This document shows, piece by piece, positions 41,310 through 55,815 of a DNA stretch of 64,000 nt (its first letter is position 1; each line of letters opens with the position of its first letter). The notes beneath the pieces are model-generated. The model did not search any database, was not told the origin of the DNA, and was given only the letters and a program-made list of their open reading frames with translations. The DNA is from Octopus vulgaris (taxonomy: Eukaryota). The stretch covers positions 172,422,001 to 172,486,000 of the forward strand of contig OX597817.1 of NCBI GenBank assembly GCA_951406725.2. Reading direction: 5' to 3'. The position numbers were made by a program, and so were the translations under genes.

Positions 41310-43344
41310 ATACATACATACACACATACATACATACATACATACATACATACATACATACATACATACACACATACATACATAAATACACACATACATA
41401 CATACATACATACATACATACATACATACATACATACATACATACATACATACATACATACATACACACATACATACATACATACATACATACATACACA
41501 CATACATACATACATACACACATACATACATACATACATACATACATACATACATACATACATACATACATACATACATACATACATACATACATACATA
41601 CATACATACATACATACATACATACATACATACATACATACATACATACATACATACATACATACATACATACATACATACATACATACATACATACATA
41701 CATACATACATACATACATACATACATACATACATACATACATACATACATACATACATACATACATACATACATACATACATACATACATACATACATA
41801 CATACATACATACATACATACATACATACATACATACATACATACATACATACATACATACATACATACATACATACATACATACATACATACATACATA
41901 CATACATACATACATACATACATACATACATAATACATACATACATACATACATACATACATACATACATACATACATACATACATACATACATACATAC
42001 ATACATACATACATACATACATACATACATACATACATACATACATACATAATACATACATACATACATACATACATACATAATACATACATACATACAT
42101 ACATACATACATACATACATACATACATACATACATAATACATACATACATACATACATACATACATACATACATACATACATACATACATACATAATAC
42201 ATACATACATACATACATACATACATACATACATACATACATACATACATACATACATACATACATACATACATACATACATACATACATACATACATAC
42301 ATACATACATACATACATACATACATAATACATACATACATACATACATACATACATACATACATACATACATACATACATACATACATAATACATACAT
42401 ACATACATACATACATACATACATAATACATACATACATACATACATACATACATACATACATACATACATACATACATACATACATACATACATACAAA
42501 CATACATACATACATACATACATACATAATACATACATACATACATACATACATACATACATACATACATACATACATACATACATACATACATACATAC
42601 ATACATACATACATACATACATACATACATACATACATACATACATACATACATACATACATACATACATACATACATACATACATACATACATACATAC
42701 ATACATACATACATACATACATACATACATACATACATACATACATACATACATACATACATACATACATACATACATACATACATACATACATACATAC
42801 ATACATACATACATACATACATACATACATAATACATACATACATACAAACATACATACATACATACATACATACATACATACATACATACATACATACA
42901 TACATACATACATACATACATACATACATACATACATACATACATACATACATAATACATACATACATACATACATACATACAAACATACATACATACAT
43001 ACATACATACATACATACATAATACATACATACATACATACATACATACATACATACATACATACATACATACATACATACATACATACATACATACATA
43101 CATACATACATACATAAATACATACATACATACATACATACATACATACATACATACATACAAACATACATACATACATACATACATACATACATACATA
43201 CATACATACATACATACATACATACATACATACATACATACATACATACATACATACATACATACATACATACATACATACATACAAACATACATACATA
43301 CACATACATACATACATACATACATACATACATACATACATACA

Positions 43345-43378
<34 letters not shown>

Positions 43379-43520
43379 CATACATACATACATACATACA
43401 TACATACATACATACATACATACATAAATACCTACATACATACATACATACATACATACATACATACATACATACATACATACATACATACATACATACA
43501 TACATACATACATACATACA

Positions 43521-43552
<32 letters not shown>

Positions 43553-43715
43553 CATACATAAATACCTACATACATACATACATACATACATACATACACA
43601 CATACATACATACATACATACATACACACATACATACATCCACACATACATACATACATACATACATACATACATACATACATACGTACATACATACATA
43701 CATACATACATACAT
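41310..43715. repeat. ~2.4-kb (ACAT)n tetranucleotide array
   Basis: Read directly; sparse variants (CATAATAC, CAAA, CACA). Confidence 0.98.
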
Positions 43716-44309
43716 GTATGATGGTTGTCCGCATGTGACCGAGGATGACCACCACTGACGATTATCCAGGCAAAATATCAGCAACGCCTGTGCATAAGCT
43801 TATTACACCCGCATTTGGCTTCACTCGGGTCCTCATCCGCGGTTTCCTATGCTCGCAGTAGCACCTTTCTATTTAAGTAGACATCAAAAGGTCTCTTTAC
43901 CGGAAATTGCATAACCTAAAATTTAAGGTCCAATAAAGCTTGCACAACACCTCACCGACCCCCTCCACCCTATTACCAAAATCCAGGGACAAATCAGAGC
44001 AATATATCTTGTGCCACTATGGCCGCAGGCTCAAGGATGATATCGCCATGCCCTCAAGGGCAAGCAAAAGATCGCCAAAATACCCAGTGTTATTCTCTGT
44101 ATATCTGGCTTTATATTGCTAGGCTTGCCTGATGTGGAAGGTTGTAAGAAACACAACAGGACTAAATAAAAACTGCCAAAACGATGAATGAACCTAGTGT
44201 AGGTTCAACGACTATCTAACCATAGCATGGGATCTCAAAAATTCTGGGTTAGTGCCTGCTGAGCTGAAAGAGCACTGGGAGTGAGACACCCATCAGTTTT
44301 TGTCAAACA

Positions 44310-45311
44310 CATATTTGCCATGCAGAGGTTTTTGTTCCCACCTATCAGCCAATTGTTCAAATGCATTTTGCTTTGCTATTGATTTCACCTTCTTTGCAAC
44401 TACAGTTGCTGCATTTCCCTTATGCTGTTCAATCTGGGTATCATGCATAAACTCACTGGAAAATTTTTGCTCTCCTTCATAACAGAATGAAGCTTCTTAT
44501 GACTTTTATGATTTTCAACGAGCTTTAGCATCCAGTCGTTAGCTGCTTCAAGATATTTTGCCAGTCCAATTGTGGTGGTTTTGTAGATTTCAAACTGGAT
44601 CAAGCCTCGACCTCCTTGAGCTCTGATTAGGTAAACACAATCTGCGTCTGCCTTTGGGTGGTGCATCTTATTGCAAGTCAGCATCTTATGGATTTTCCTG
44701 TCAATCTTCCTTATTTCGCTCATATTCCAGTTCAACACAATGAAACTGAAAATAACAACCAGAACTGCTAAGGAATTTATAGCTAACACCTTGTTATGTG
44801 CATTTAACTTGGATTTTAGGACTGCTTGAACTCTCCTGTAACACTCCTTCCTGATCTTCTCTTTCATATTTGCATGTTGAATGTCAGAGCCCTCATTTAT
44901 TCCAAGGTATTTGTAAGTTTGTTCCTGCTTCAATTCTTTTATGACTGCGTCAACATCCAACACCACTGAATGTGAGGTCTTCGGTCTCCCTTCCTGGAAA
45001 GTGGCCTTGGCACATTTATCAAGACCAAATTCCATCCCAATGTCATCATTGAATGCTTTCACAGTACATAGTAGTCCTTCAAGTTCATTAGCGTCTTTGC
45101 TATAAAGTTTTAAGTCATCCATATAAAATAGATGACTTATTTTCTAGCTGCCAATTTTATATCCATACCCTGTTCTGTTGAGTTCACTTGTAAGGGGTAT
45201 TAGGGCTATACAGAAAATTAAAGGTAGAAGTGAGTCACCTTGGAAAATGCCACAGTTGATATTAATATTTTTTGTGGTCAGTACTCCATTAGGGTAGTAT
45301 AATTGGAGATT
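44310..45311 (-). mobile_element. R4/Dong-clade RT fragment, same lineage as 62177-64000
   Basis: MDDLKLY...IGMEFGLDKCAK...YKYLG...MHHPKAD...QGGRGL; the reverse complement is collinear with 62342-63350. Confidence 0.9.
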
Positions 45312-45312
45312 G

Positions 45313-45498
45313 GTTTAGCGGTATTTCGTCTGTCTTTACGTTCTGAATTCAAATTCCGGTGAGGTCGACTTTGCCTTTCATCCTTTCTGGGACGATAAAT
45401 TAAGTACCAGCTGCGTACTGGAGTCAATCTAATCGACTGGTCCCCTCCCACAAAATTTTAGGCCTTGTGCCATTAGTAGAAAGGATTATTATTATTAT

Positions 45499-45534
<36 letters not shown>

Positions 45535-45745
45535 GGTGGTGAGCTGGCAGAATCGTTACCGTGCCGGGCAAAATGTTTAGCGGCATTTTGTCAGTCTTCA
45601 AGTTCTGAGTTCAAATTCCGCCGAAGTCGACTTTACCTTTCATTTTTCCGGGGTCCATAAATTAAGTACCAGTGAAACACTGAGGTCGGTGTAATTGACT
45701 TAATCCCCTTCCCCCAAGCTGCCCTTGTGGTGAAAATTTGAAATC
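45313..45745 (+). mobile_element. Two SINE family A copies in tandem, joined by an (ATT)/(AGT)n tail
   Basis: The first ends AGTAGAAAGGATTATT...(AGT)n; the second head starts at ~45533. Confidence 0.85.
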
Positions 45746-46198
45746 ATTATTGTTGTTGTTGTTGTTGTTAATGTTTATACCAACCATATATTTAGTGTCT
45801 ACAGAGTTGAACCCGTGCTTGTTTATAATATATTTATCTTCAATACTTCATTTTTTACAAATCGTATTTGTATCATTATCCTTGCTATTACTTATTACTT
45901 AGCTTACTTAAATAAGATTGGTGGATGTATTTATTTTTTCATTCTTATTACAGTCGCTATCAAGTTTCATCATTTTTAATATTCTATCATTTCCGGGAAC
46001 TTTATTAGTATTTTGATTCTGGTTATAGTAAAAAAAATGTAGTTATACTCATCTTCAACTAATGTTTCGTTATATTAATTTGTCTGGTATTTTATACCTT
46101 TTTAAGTACCTAAATATGGTGGCACAAGAGAGGCGATCGTCGGTAATGTATGTTATAAGCACCAATTAAGGATGAGACTTTCTCCATTCTTATTTTTG

Positions 46199-46263
<65 letters not shown>

Positions 46264-46430
46264 TATATACATATTAAAATTTTATGTATTGATTAAGTCT
46301 TTCCTTGTTTGGTTTTAAAATAGTGGTTTTGTCTCGAATTATATTATATAATATTTTACTATAAAATTGGATTTAACCCTAAATCTGATTTTTCCCTGTA
46401 ATTTTGGATTCATTCCCTAATATTTATTAT

Positions 46431-46563
<133 letters not shown>

Positions 46564-46627
46564 TATACGTATATATGTATGTATATATAATTGTATGTAT
46601 ATATGTATATATATAGATACATATATA

Positions 46628-46658
<31 letters not shown>

Positions 46659-47278
46659 GTGTATGTATGTATGTGTGTGTGCATTTGTTTTTGTAACCTA
46701 CAAGCGTTTGACAACCGGTGTTTGTTTGTTTACGTCCCTGCAACTTGCCGGTTCGGCAAAAGAGACCAAAGAATAAGTACCAGGCTTGAAAAATTAGTAC
46801 TGATATCGATTTGTTCGACTAAACCTTTGAAGGCGGTGCCCCAGCATGGCCGCAGTCGAATGAGGGAAACGAGTAAAAGACAAAAAATAGAAGAAACAAG
46901 ACTGCGTTGCCAATTGCGTTCCTCTTTTCTTTAAGACTATAAAATGTGATTTTCAAGAAACTTAGCTACTATTTCTAGCAGATCAAGATAGTATGTAGCG
47001 GTTCTCTCAATAGTTCAAGTATCACATCAAATTTTACACAATAGGAATTGAACTTGCAGGTGATTTGGTTGCTATTTCTCGCATGCCAAAAGACCGTATC
47101 AAGGTTCTCTCGATAATTTGTGCTGGCAGTTTTTTGTGTTGTTTTCACATCGGGTATGACTTTGAGGGAAACTTGGCTGTTGCTTCTTGCAAAAATGAAA
47201 CGTCACGTAGGTCGAGACGTCCACGCTGAGTAGAAAGTTTACTAAGTTATTTCATTAGTATGTCTGTATAGAAAATTG

Positions 47279-47481
47279 ACACTCGGTCGGTTACGATAAC
47301 GAAGGTTCCAGTTGCTGGTTCAATCAGCGGAACAGCCTGCTCATGAAACTAACGTGCAAGTGGTTGAGCACTCCACAGACACGCGTACTTTTAACTTAGT
47401 TCTCAGGGCGATTCAGCGTCACACAGAATGTGACAAGGCAGACTCTTTGAAATACAGGCACTACTCACTTTTGCCACCTGG
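47279..47481 (-). mobile_element. SINE family E body attached to the head array
   Basis: Reverse complement matches the 3' half of 31240-31550 and 33318-33650. Confidence 0.82.
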
Positions 47482-48516
47482 GCGGCCTGGACCGACGTGA
47501 AATAAACTGTCATTCTCAAGGAGCACAAAGCACCGACGGGAATCGAACTCACAGCCTTACGATTGGGAGTTGAATACCGTTACCACTAAGCCACGAGTGG
47601 CCTGGATGAACGTGAAATAAACTGTCATTCTCAAGGAGCACAAAGCACCGACGGGAATCGAACTCACAGCCTTACGATTGGGAGTTGAATACCGTTACCA
47701 CTAAGCCACGAGTGGCCTGGATGAACGTGAAATAAACTGTCATGCTCAAGGAGCACAAAGCACCGACGGGAATCGAACTCACAGCCTTACGATTGGGAGT
47801 TGAATACCGTTACCACTAAGCCACGAGTGGCCTGGATGAACGTGAAATAAACTGTCATGCTGAAGGTGCACAATGCACCGACGGGAATCGAACTCACAGC
47901 CTTATGATTGGGAGTCGGATACCGTTACCACTAAGCCACAAGTGGCCTGGATGAACGTGAAATAAACTGTCATGCTGAAGGTGCACAATGCACCGACGGG
48001 AATCGAACTCACAGCCTTATGATTGGGAGTCGGATACCGTTACCACTAAGCCACAAGTGGCCTGGATGAACGTGAAATAAACTGTCATGCTCAAGGAGCA
48101 CAAAGCATCGACGGGAATCGAACTCACAGCCTTACGATTGGGAGTTGAATACCGTTACCACTAAGCCACGAGTGGCCTGGATGAACGTGAAATAAACTGT
48201 CATGCTGAAGGTGCACAATGCACCGACGGGAATCGAACTCACAGCCTTATGATTGGGAGTCGGATACCGTTACCACTAAGCCACGAGTGGCCTGGATGAA
48301 CGTGAAATAAACTGTCATGCTCAAGGAGCACAAAGCACCGACGGGAATCGAACTCACAGCCTTATGATTGGGAGTCGGATACCGTTACCACTAAGCCACG
48401 AGTGGCCTGGATGAACGTGAAATAAACTGTCATGCTGAAGGTGCACAAAGCATCGACGGGAATCAAACTCACAGCCTTATGATTGGGAGTCGGATACCGT
48501 TACCACTAAGCTACAC
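47482..48516 (-). repeat. Tandem array of 9 x 115-bp tRNA-derived SINE heads
   Basis: Unit starts at 47482, 47597, 47712, 47827, 47942, 48057, 48172, 48287 and 48402. The minus-strand unit carries A-box TGGCTTAGTGG and B-box GAGTTCGATTCCC; both are altered in the rightmost unit. Confidence 0.95.
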
Positions 48517-48883
48517 GTCTATATAGAACAAGAGGCGAAATTTCCTAAAGAGCATTTCTTTTTATGTTTTGTGTGTCGAAAATGAGATCATGAAATAGAA
48601 ATTTGCCGCTAGGAAAATAGTCAGGATTTCGTTTTTGCTTCTTTTCACACTAAAATTGTTAAAATGTTAAGATATTTGTAGAAAAAAAAATTTGCCAAAG
48701 AAATCGTTTTAGTTTCAGCAAGAGAAATGATTCATTCGTTTTGTTTTCTATATTTTTATTGTTATTTTAGACTTGTTTGTTTTACTCTTTTCTAATTTTT
48801 AATTAATCATCAAATTCTTTGTTTTTAAGATTTTGGTTTTGCTTTGCATTTCTTTTTCTTTTGCTGGAGGGTCTGGTCTGGTT

Positions 48884-48993
<110 letters not shown>

Positions 48994-49018
48994 TGTGTGT
49001 GTAGATATAGATATATAC

Positions 49019-49160
<142 letters not shown>

Positions 49161-49598
49161 CCATTATGTCCAATAGAAGAAATAAATTAAAATACCTATC
49201 TATAAATCATACATAATGTAAATACATCGTTGAAAGACTTTACTACGGCATTAATCCAGAGATAACATCTCCTATGGACCTACTTCGTCAAAAAGCAATA
49301 TATATCGGAAGGAAACAAAAATCGTCCCAGCAGCGCCTCACAAGAACGCCAAATTCATTTCAGCCTCGTTGAGCCTCATCTTCCTGAAAAGAAGAGGCAA
49401 GTTTCTAACATAGATAAAATGTACTATTTTTGCAGTGTAGATAACAAAGCCAATGCTCTATGCTGAACTTGAAAAAAAAACCTTCTGCTTACAGATTTTA
49501 TTTGTTATAAGAGTGCTGGTTGATTTCTTGTTCCTGGAAGCCATTGTTTTTCCCTAGTGTCACTTAAGCATTTACAAACGAAAGCAAGTATGCCTATT

Positions 49599-49982
49599 GT
49601 GGAAGCACTCCGTCGGTTACGACGACGAGGGTTCCGGTTGATCCGATCAACGGAACAGCCTGCTCCTGAAATTAACGTGTAAGTGGCTGAGCACTCCACA
49701 GACACGTGTACCCTTAACGCAGCTCTCGGGGATAATCAGCGTGACACAGAGAGTGACAAGGCCGGCCCTTTGAAATACAGGTACAACAGAAACAGGAAGT
49801 AAGAGTGAGAGAAAGTTGTGGTGAAAGAGTACAGCAGGGATCACCACCATCCCTGTCGGAGCCTCGTGGAGCTTTAGGTGTTTTCGCTCAATAAACACTC
49901 ACAACGCCCGGTCTGGGAATCGAAACCGCGATCCTACGACCGCGAGTCCGCTGCCCTAACCACTGGACCATTTCGCCTCCAC
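49599..49982 (-). mobile_element. SINE family D, full length
   Basis: 10-bp TSD TATGCCTATT at 49589-49598 and 49983-49992. Confidence 0.92.
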
Positions 49983-50434
49983 TATGCCTATTATTATCGG
50001 CATAAATGTGAATTTATAATCTGAGGATAGAATATGAAGTTTTCGGAGCAGCTGTCTATTCCCTTCCTCTTTCGTTTCGAAAAGATATTTACATTAGAAG
50101 GTAGTTAATGTCGTATGTCAATCTGGCCTTCCATAGTTCTTTTGAGTATGCAGTAAGGTGTCGCATCTTGTTGATGTTTTCTTTACTCGTGTTAAAATGG
50201 TTTGTTGTTCAGCTATTTTCTGTAAAACGTCCGCCTCTTCTACCAGTATCCAACTATTAGATTTCTTCCAAGTTCCTTCCTAATTTGCAGTTTACCTACC
50301 GCTCTGGTGAAAGTTTCAGGATCAACTGTGGATCTTTTGCTGTCGATGTATTCTTTCTTAACTGAATTTAGCTACGTAGAAATCTCTCTTTTCATGCAAT
50401 ATCTTAAGTCAGAAAGATACAAGATTTTCTAGTG

Positions 50435-50514
50435 CCGAATCGCTAAGCTAAGTGGATGTAAACACACCAACATCGGTTGTCAAGCAATGGTGGGGGACAA
50501 ACACATACACACAA

Positions 50515-50591
<77 letters not shown>

Positions 50592-50712
50592 CGACGGGCT
50601 TCTTTCAGTTTCCGTCTACCAAATCCACTCACAAGGCTTTGGTCGGCCCGGGGCTATAGCAAAAGACACTTGCCCAAGGTGCCACGCAGTGGGACTGAAC
50701 CCGGAACCATGA
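50435..50712 (-). mobile_element. SINE family B fragment
   Basis: Reverse complement of the family B head and middle. Confidence 0.82.
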
Positions 50713-52264
50713 ACTATAAATAAGTTTTTCATTGAGCATCGTCAGTTCATGCTTTAAAGTGATTAGTTTTCCCTCAAGATCTTGGCTTGAGTTTTGTTAT
50801 TTTTTGCTCAAGATGTAATTTGGTGAGTTGTGAACTCATTATTTCTCCTCACATTTTATTATCGTTGTTTTCCAATAAAGAATCGCAGATTGTTGATGTT
50901 TTCTTCAAGTTTTGTTTTCCATATTGGTTTTTCTATTCAGTAATTTCATTAGCACGTGTATTGCCGGTTTCTCCTTGATGGTCTTTAACAGTGATATAGC
51001 AGTTGTGAACATGAAGGTGTCACTTGTCCAATAATTAACATCTGATGATTCCATGTGTTCTCGAGCATCATCGTTGATAACTTTCAGTATGAGAGCAACT
51101 AGTCTTTTTTTTTTCTCTTTATTCTGGTTAAAAATGGATTGTCGCTCAACGACAGCTTACAAAACCTGCAAAGGTTTTTTTTACAAAGTGTTGTTTTCGA
51201 AATATTCTTAAGTTGAATAGATTCCACAGTCGCCTCTATCGAATCACCTATAAGAGGAGATATATAAAAGATTAGTGACAACGGCAACAGTTTGTTTACA
51301 TTATTTTCTATTTTTCTTATGGCAAATTTTCGCCGGTTCACAGGGATTTTGAGTTGTTATAGGAAATATTACTTGTGATAGACATTATTTACAATATGAG
51401 AAAGAACCTGAGAAACTAAAAAGTGAGAAACAAAGGACTCTGGAAAAGATTTTTTTAAAAAAAAAAACAGGAAAGCACTAGGTTTTGAACTGATCAAGGC
51501 TGCAGGAGAGAGTGCCATAACAACGCTCCACAACCTTTGCTATAAGATCTGAAAAGAAGAGGAGTAGCCGTCAGTTTGGTGCACAGCTGAATATGTACTC
51601 ATACACAAGTAGGGCCACCTACTTATATATGAAAATTATGGAACAATCGCTCTGATGAAATAAAGTATGTTTGATCCTCATCCTACAATGTTTGAAACTA
51701 TTCTTCGAACGATAAATAGCTAAAGAATAGGTTGGCTTTAGAAGTAGACGTGGCACAAGAGATCAGCTGTACAATCTCCACGCAATTTTACAAAAGAAAA
51801 ACGAGAGCACAACTTTTCAACTTTCCTTCGCAACATTGACTACAGAAAAACCTTTGACTGTGCACACTATAGCCACATGTGGCACATCTCGGTATTCCGA
51901 GATAACTCATCATTAGGCTCATCAAACAGTTTTACATTCAGCAAGAGTTCTGCATTCGAGTAAATAATGAGAGCACAAAAAAGTTCAAAAATGGGGAAGG
52001 AATTCATCAGGGATGTATTCTTTCTCCAAGCTTGTTCTACACTGAGTGGATAATGCGAGAAGCAATACAGTAAAAAGATGGCATCAATATACATGGCTTG
52101 CATACTTCTAATTTAAGGTACGAATATGATACTGCTCTACTTGCTAAAACGGAAGCCGGACTACAAGAAATGATAAATATAGTCGAGAATGTATCAAATA
52201 CGCAGTCTTTATCTCAACCATAAGGAAACAAAGGTTATGGTAGTAGGAAAAGAGAAATTAAATA

Positions 52265-52706
52265 CTCTTTTCTCTTCTAGGCACAAGGCCCGATATTTTG
52301 GGGGTGGGGCTAACCGATTAGGTCGACCTTAGTAAGCAACTTGTACTTAATTCATCAACCCCGAAAGGATGAAAGGCAAAGTCGACCTCGGCGGAATTTG
52401 AACTCAGAACGTAGTGGCAGACGAAATACCGCTAAGCTTTTCGCCCGGCGTGCTAAGAGAGAAATTAAATATCTATTTCTTTATTGTCTACAGGGAGCCT
52501 AAACATAGAGGAGACTAACAAAGACATATAAAGGGATTAAGTCTATTACATCGACCCCAGTACGTATCTAGTACTTATTAATTGGCCCCCAAAGGATGAA
52601 AGACAAAGTCGACCTCTGCGGAATTTGAACTCAGAATGTAACGTAAGACGAAATACCGCTAAGCATTTTGCCCGGTGTGCAAACAATTCTGCCAGATCGC
52701 CGCCCT
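52265..52706 (-). mobile_element. Two SINE family A copies stacked at one target site
   Basis: AGAGAAATTAAATA at 52251-52264 and 52458-52471, and with 1 mismatch at 52707-52720. Confidence 0.85.
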
Positions 52707-53098
52707 AGAGAAATTAGATATTAACATGAAACTTGGCTTTGAGAGACTTGAACATGCTGAATTATACAAGTATCTTGGAGCCCAAATCTCTGATGAAGCC
52801 ACGTGCAAAAAGCAAATTAGGATGCGGCTAGTCATGGCAAGAAAATCCATAGAAAAACTTTATAACATCTGAACCAACAAAGTCTTCCAACTGAGCTAAA
52901 AGCAAGGCTCGTGCGAACGCTTATTCGGCCAATAGGCATTTATGGTTGCGAAAGAACATAATCTATGCGTTTGGAATGTCGGTGTATAGGAGAATGTTAC
53001 GAGTCTCTTTCAAGGATCATCGGACAAATGAATTGATATTACAAGTTGGTGAAAAACAATTCCTGAACATTGTGAAAAAACAAAAGCTTATCTGTTAT

Positions 53099-53518
53099 TG
53101 CTTGGTTGGTGCGTTGGTGTAACGGCAGCACACGTGGTCACGTAAATAAATAGGTATGAGTTCGAGTCCTACGGGTACGGGAAAACCTACATTTTGGCTC
53201 AGTGGTAAGAGCGTCGAACTTACGACCGTCAGGTTGTGAGTTTGAATGCCGGACCGGGCTGCGTGTTGTGTTCTTGAGCAAGAGACTATATTTCACGTTG
53301 CTCCAGTTCACTCAGCTGTAATGAGTTGAGACGTCACTGGTGCCAAGCTGTATCGGCCTTTGCCTTTCCTTTGGACGACATCAGTGGCGTGGAGAGGGGA
53401 GGCTGGTATGTATGGGCGACTGCTGGTCTTCCATAAATAACTTTGCCCGGACTTGTGCCTCGGAGGGTAACTTTCTTGGTGCAATCTCATAGTCATTCGT
53501 GACTGAAGGGGGTCTCCG
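53099..53518 (+). mobile_element. SINE family C with an extra upstream tRNA-like segment
   Basis: 9-bp TSD ATCTGTTAT at 53090-53098 and 53519-53527. Confidence 0.82.
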
Positions 53519-54231
53519 ATCTGTTATGGCTATATTCAAAGAAACAGTGGTTTGGAAAACTTTACCTTGGAAGGAAGAGTTGAGGGCAGTAGATCTAGAA
53601 GCAGGCTAAGCACACATGGATGGACAATATCAAGAGCTGGTTGTACAATAGTGGCAAGGTAGTTGGAGAACTCGTACTTAATCTGGAAAACTTTTGTTGT
53701 GGTGTCATCGATGCGCTGCAGGCGTACGATACATGACTACGACAATGGAAATTATTTCTTTTTATTTCTTGTTGCGGACGTTGTTTTTCTGTAAGAAAAT
53801 TTAAGTGTGAGTGAACTTCGTACCAAACTTCTATCGCTTCGTATAACCGATAAAAGGAATCACGAGTTTTTTCATAGCACTGAAGAAGAACTTGATTGAA
53901 ATGTGAAAACCTTGTGGAGTGAGAAGGGTACTTACGTCATCTTAAATAAATTCCAGCTATCATAATACTGCATGTGTTGGTATCGTTGTAGGTGTTCTCA
54001 ATATTAGCCGTGATCGTACGAGCGAGATTCCATGTGGCATAAGATATATTTTTAATCCGGTCTGAACAACGCTATATTGGAAAGAAAAAGGTATTTCTCT
54101 CATTTAAAACAGATGAAATAAACCAGTTATTGATTTAGGCTGGGAGAGTCGGCATAATTGTAGGAGACGTTGAAAAGAACATTTTAAACGGTCCTCTACA
54201 CCTGCACGTCTAATTCTAAGGGCGCGTATGT

Positions 54232-54259
54232 TACATATATGCATGTATAGATATGTAAA

Positions 54260-54325
<66 letters not shown>

Positions 54326-55337
54326 TGTGTGTGTGTGATGTGTGTATATGTATATACATACATATATATATATACATACACACACACGCACACACACACA
54401 TGTATGTATGTATGTATGTATGTATGTATGTATGTATGTATGTATGCATGCATGCATTCATGTATGTATGTGTGTATATATGTATGTATGCATGCATGCA
54501 TGCATGCATGTATGTATGTATGTATGTATGTATGTATGTATGTATGTATGTATGTATGTATGTATGGATGGATGGATGGATGGATGGATGGATGGATGGA
54601 TGGATAGATGTATGCATGCATGCATGTATGTATATATGTATGCATGTATGTATGTCTGCATGTATGTATGTATGTATGTATATATGTAGGTATGTATGTA
54701 TGTCTGCATGTATGTATGTATGGATGGATGGATGGATGCATATTTGAACGCTGAAAATGTCTAATGCACGCTATCATCTTCCAGGATATTGGACTGAAAA
54801 CAATGTTTTATTTATTCTTAGCACGCACACACACACACATACACACACGCACGCACACACACACACATACACACACGCACGCACACACACACACATACAC
54901 ACACGCACGCACGCACACACACACACATACACACACGCACACATACACTCATACATACATACATACATACATACGCACAAACATACATACATATACGCAT
55001 ACATATATACATACATACATACATACATACATACACACATACATACACACACACATACATACATACATACATACATACATACATACATACATACATACAC
55101 ACATACATACAAAACATACATACATACATATATACATACATACATACATACATACACACACACATACATATATACATACATACATACATACATACATACA
55201 TACATACATACATACATACATACTACATACATACATACATACATACACACATACATACATACATACATACATACATACATACATACATACATACATACAT
55301 ACATACATACATACATACATACATACATACATACATA
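54232..55337. repeat. Compound microsatellite block (TA)/(ATGT)/(ATGG) then (AC)/(ACAT)
   Basis: Read directly. Confidence 0.95.
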
Positions 55338-55634
55338 CTGGAAAATAATTAATGGCTTTAAGACGGGCGCAAAACAAGTTTTCCTCAATCAATTACGTTT
55401 TTTAATACAGTCTATGCTTAATGTGTTGATTCTGTTATCATTGTCATTGTTGTAATTATTGTTGTGATCGTCTTTGTTATTGATGTTTTTGAAAAGAAAA
55501 GTGCACTACGTGACCATTAGGTGGTGATACGTAAGTGACGAGACAGGAGAAGCTTTCCTTAGTAACTCGACTTGCTAAAATTTATAATCAAACCTCCTTT
55601 TTTTCAAACACAGCAACTTATCACTTTCTTAGCT

Positions 55635-55815
55635 AAAATGCTTAGCGGTATTTCTTCCATCGCTTTTCATTCTGAGTTCAAACGCCGCCAAGGTTGACTT
55701 TGCCTTTCACCATTTTGGGAGTCGATAAATTAAGTACCAGTCAAGTACTGGGGTCAATGTAATCAACTATCCCCTTCCCCTCAAATTCCAGGCTTCGTGT
55801 CTGTAGTAGAAAGGA
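55635..55815 (+). mobile_element. SINE family A, 5'-truncated
   Basis: Family A core and tail. Confidence 0.8.

Larger units (their letters stand above)
51400..53745 (+). mobile_element. Degraded RTE LINE (RT to 3' end) interrupted by three SINE insertions
   Basis: ELIKAAGE...ENYGTIAL, IDYRKTFD, HQGCILSPSLF, NLRY-YDTALLA, YKYLGAQI, KQKLICYGYIQRNSGLENFTLEGRVEGSRSRSR. Confidence 0.82.

Noticed and set aside
41249-43711. 700-820 aa MYVC/HTYI ORFs, and the many YIYI, poly-I and poly-N ORFs elsewhere
   Set aside because: They are translations of stop-free microsatellites, with no evidence of coding function.
43716-44290. GC-richer segment possibly holding a ribozyme or LINE 5' UTR
   Set aside because: I could not assemble a complete hammerhead or HDV-like fold by eye; left unclassified.
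47482-48516. CRISPR-like array
   Set aside because: There are no unique spacers or cas genes; whole units are near-identical SINE heads in eukaryotic DNA.
53105-53180. Functional tRNA gene
   Set aside because: A and B boxes are present, but the acceptor and anticodon stems do not pair, and it lies within a SINE TSD.
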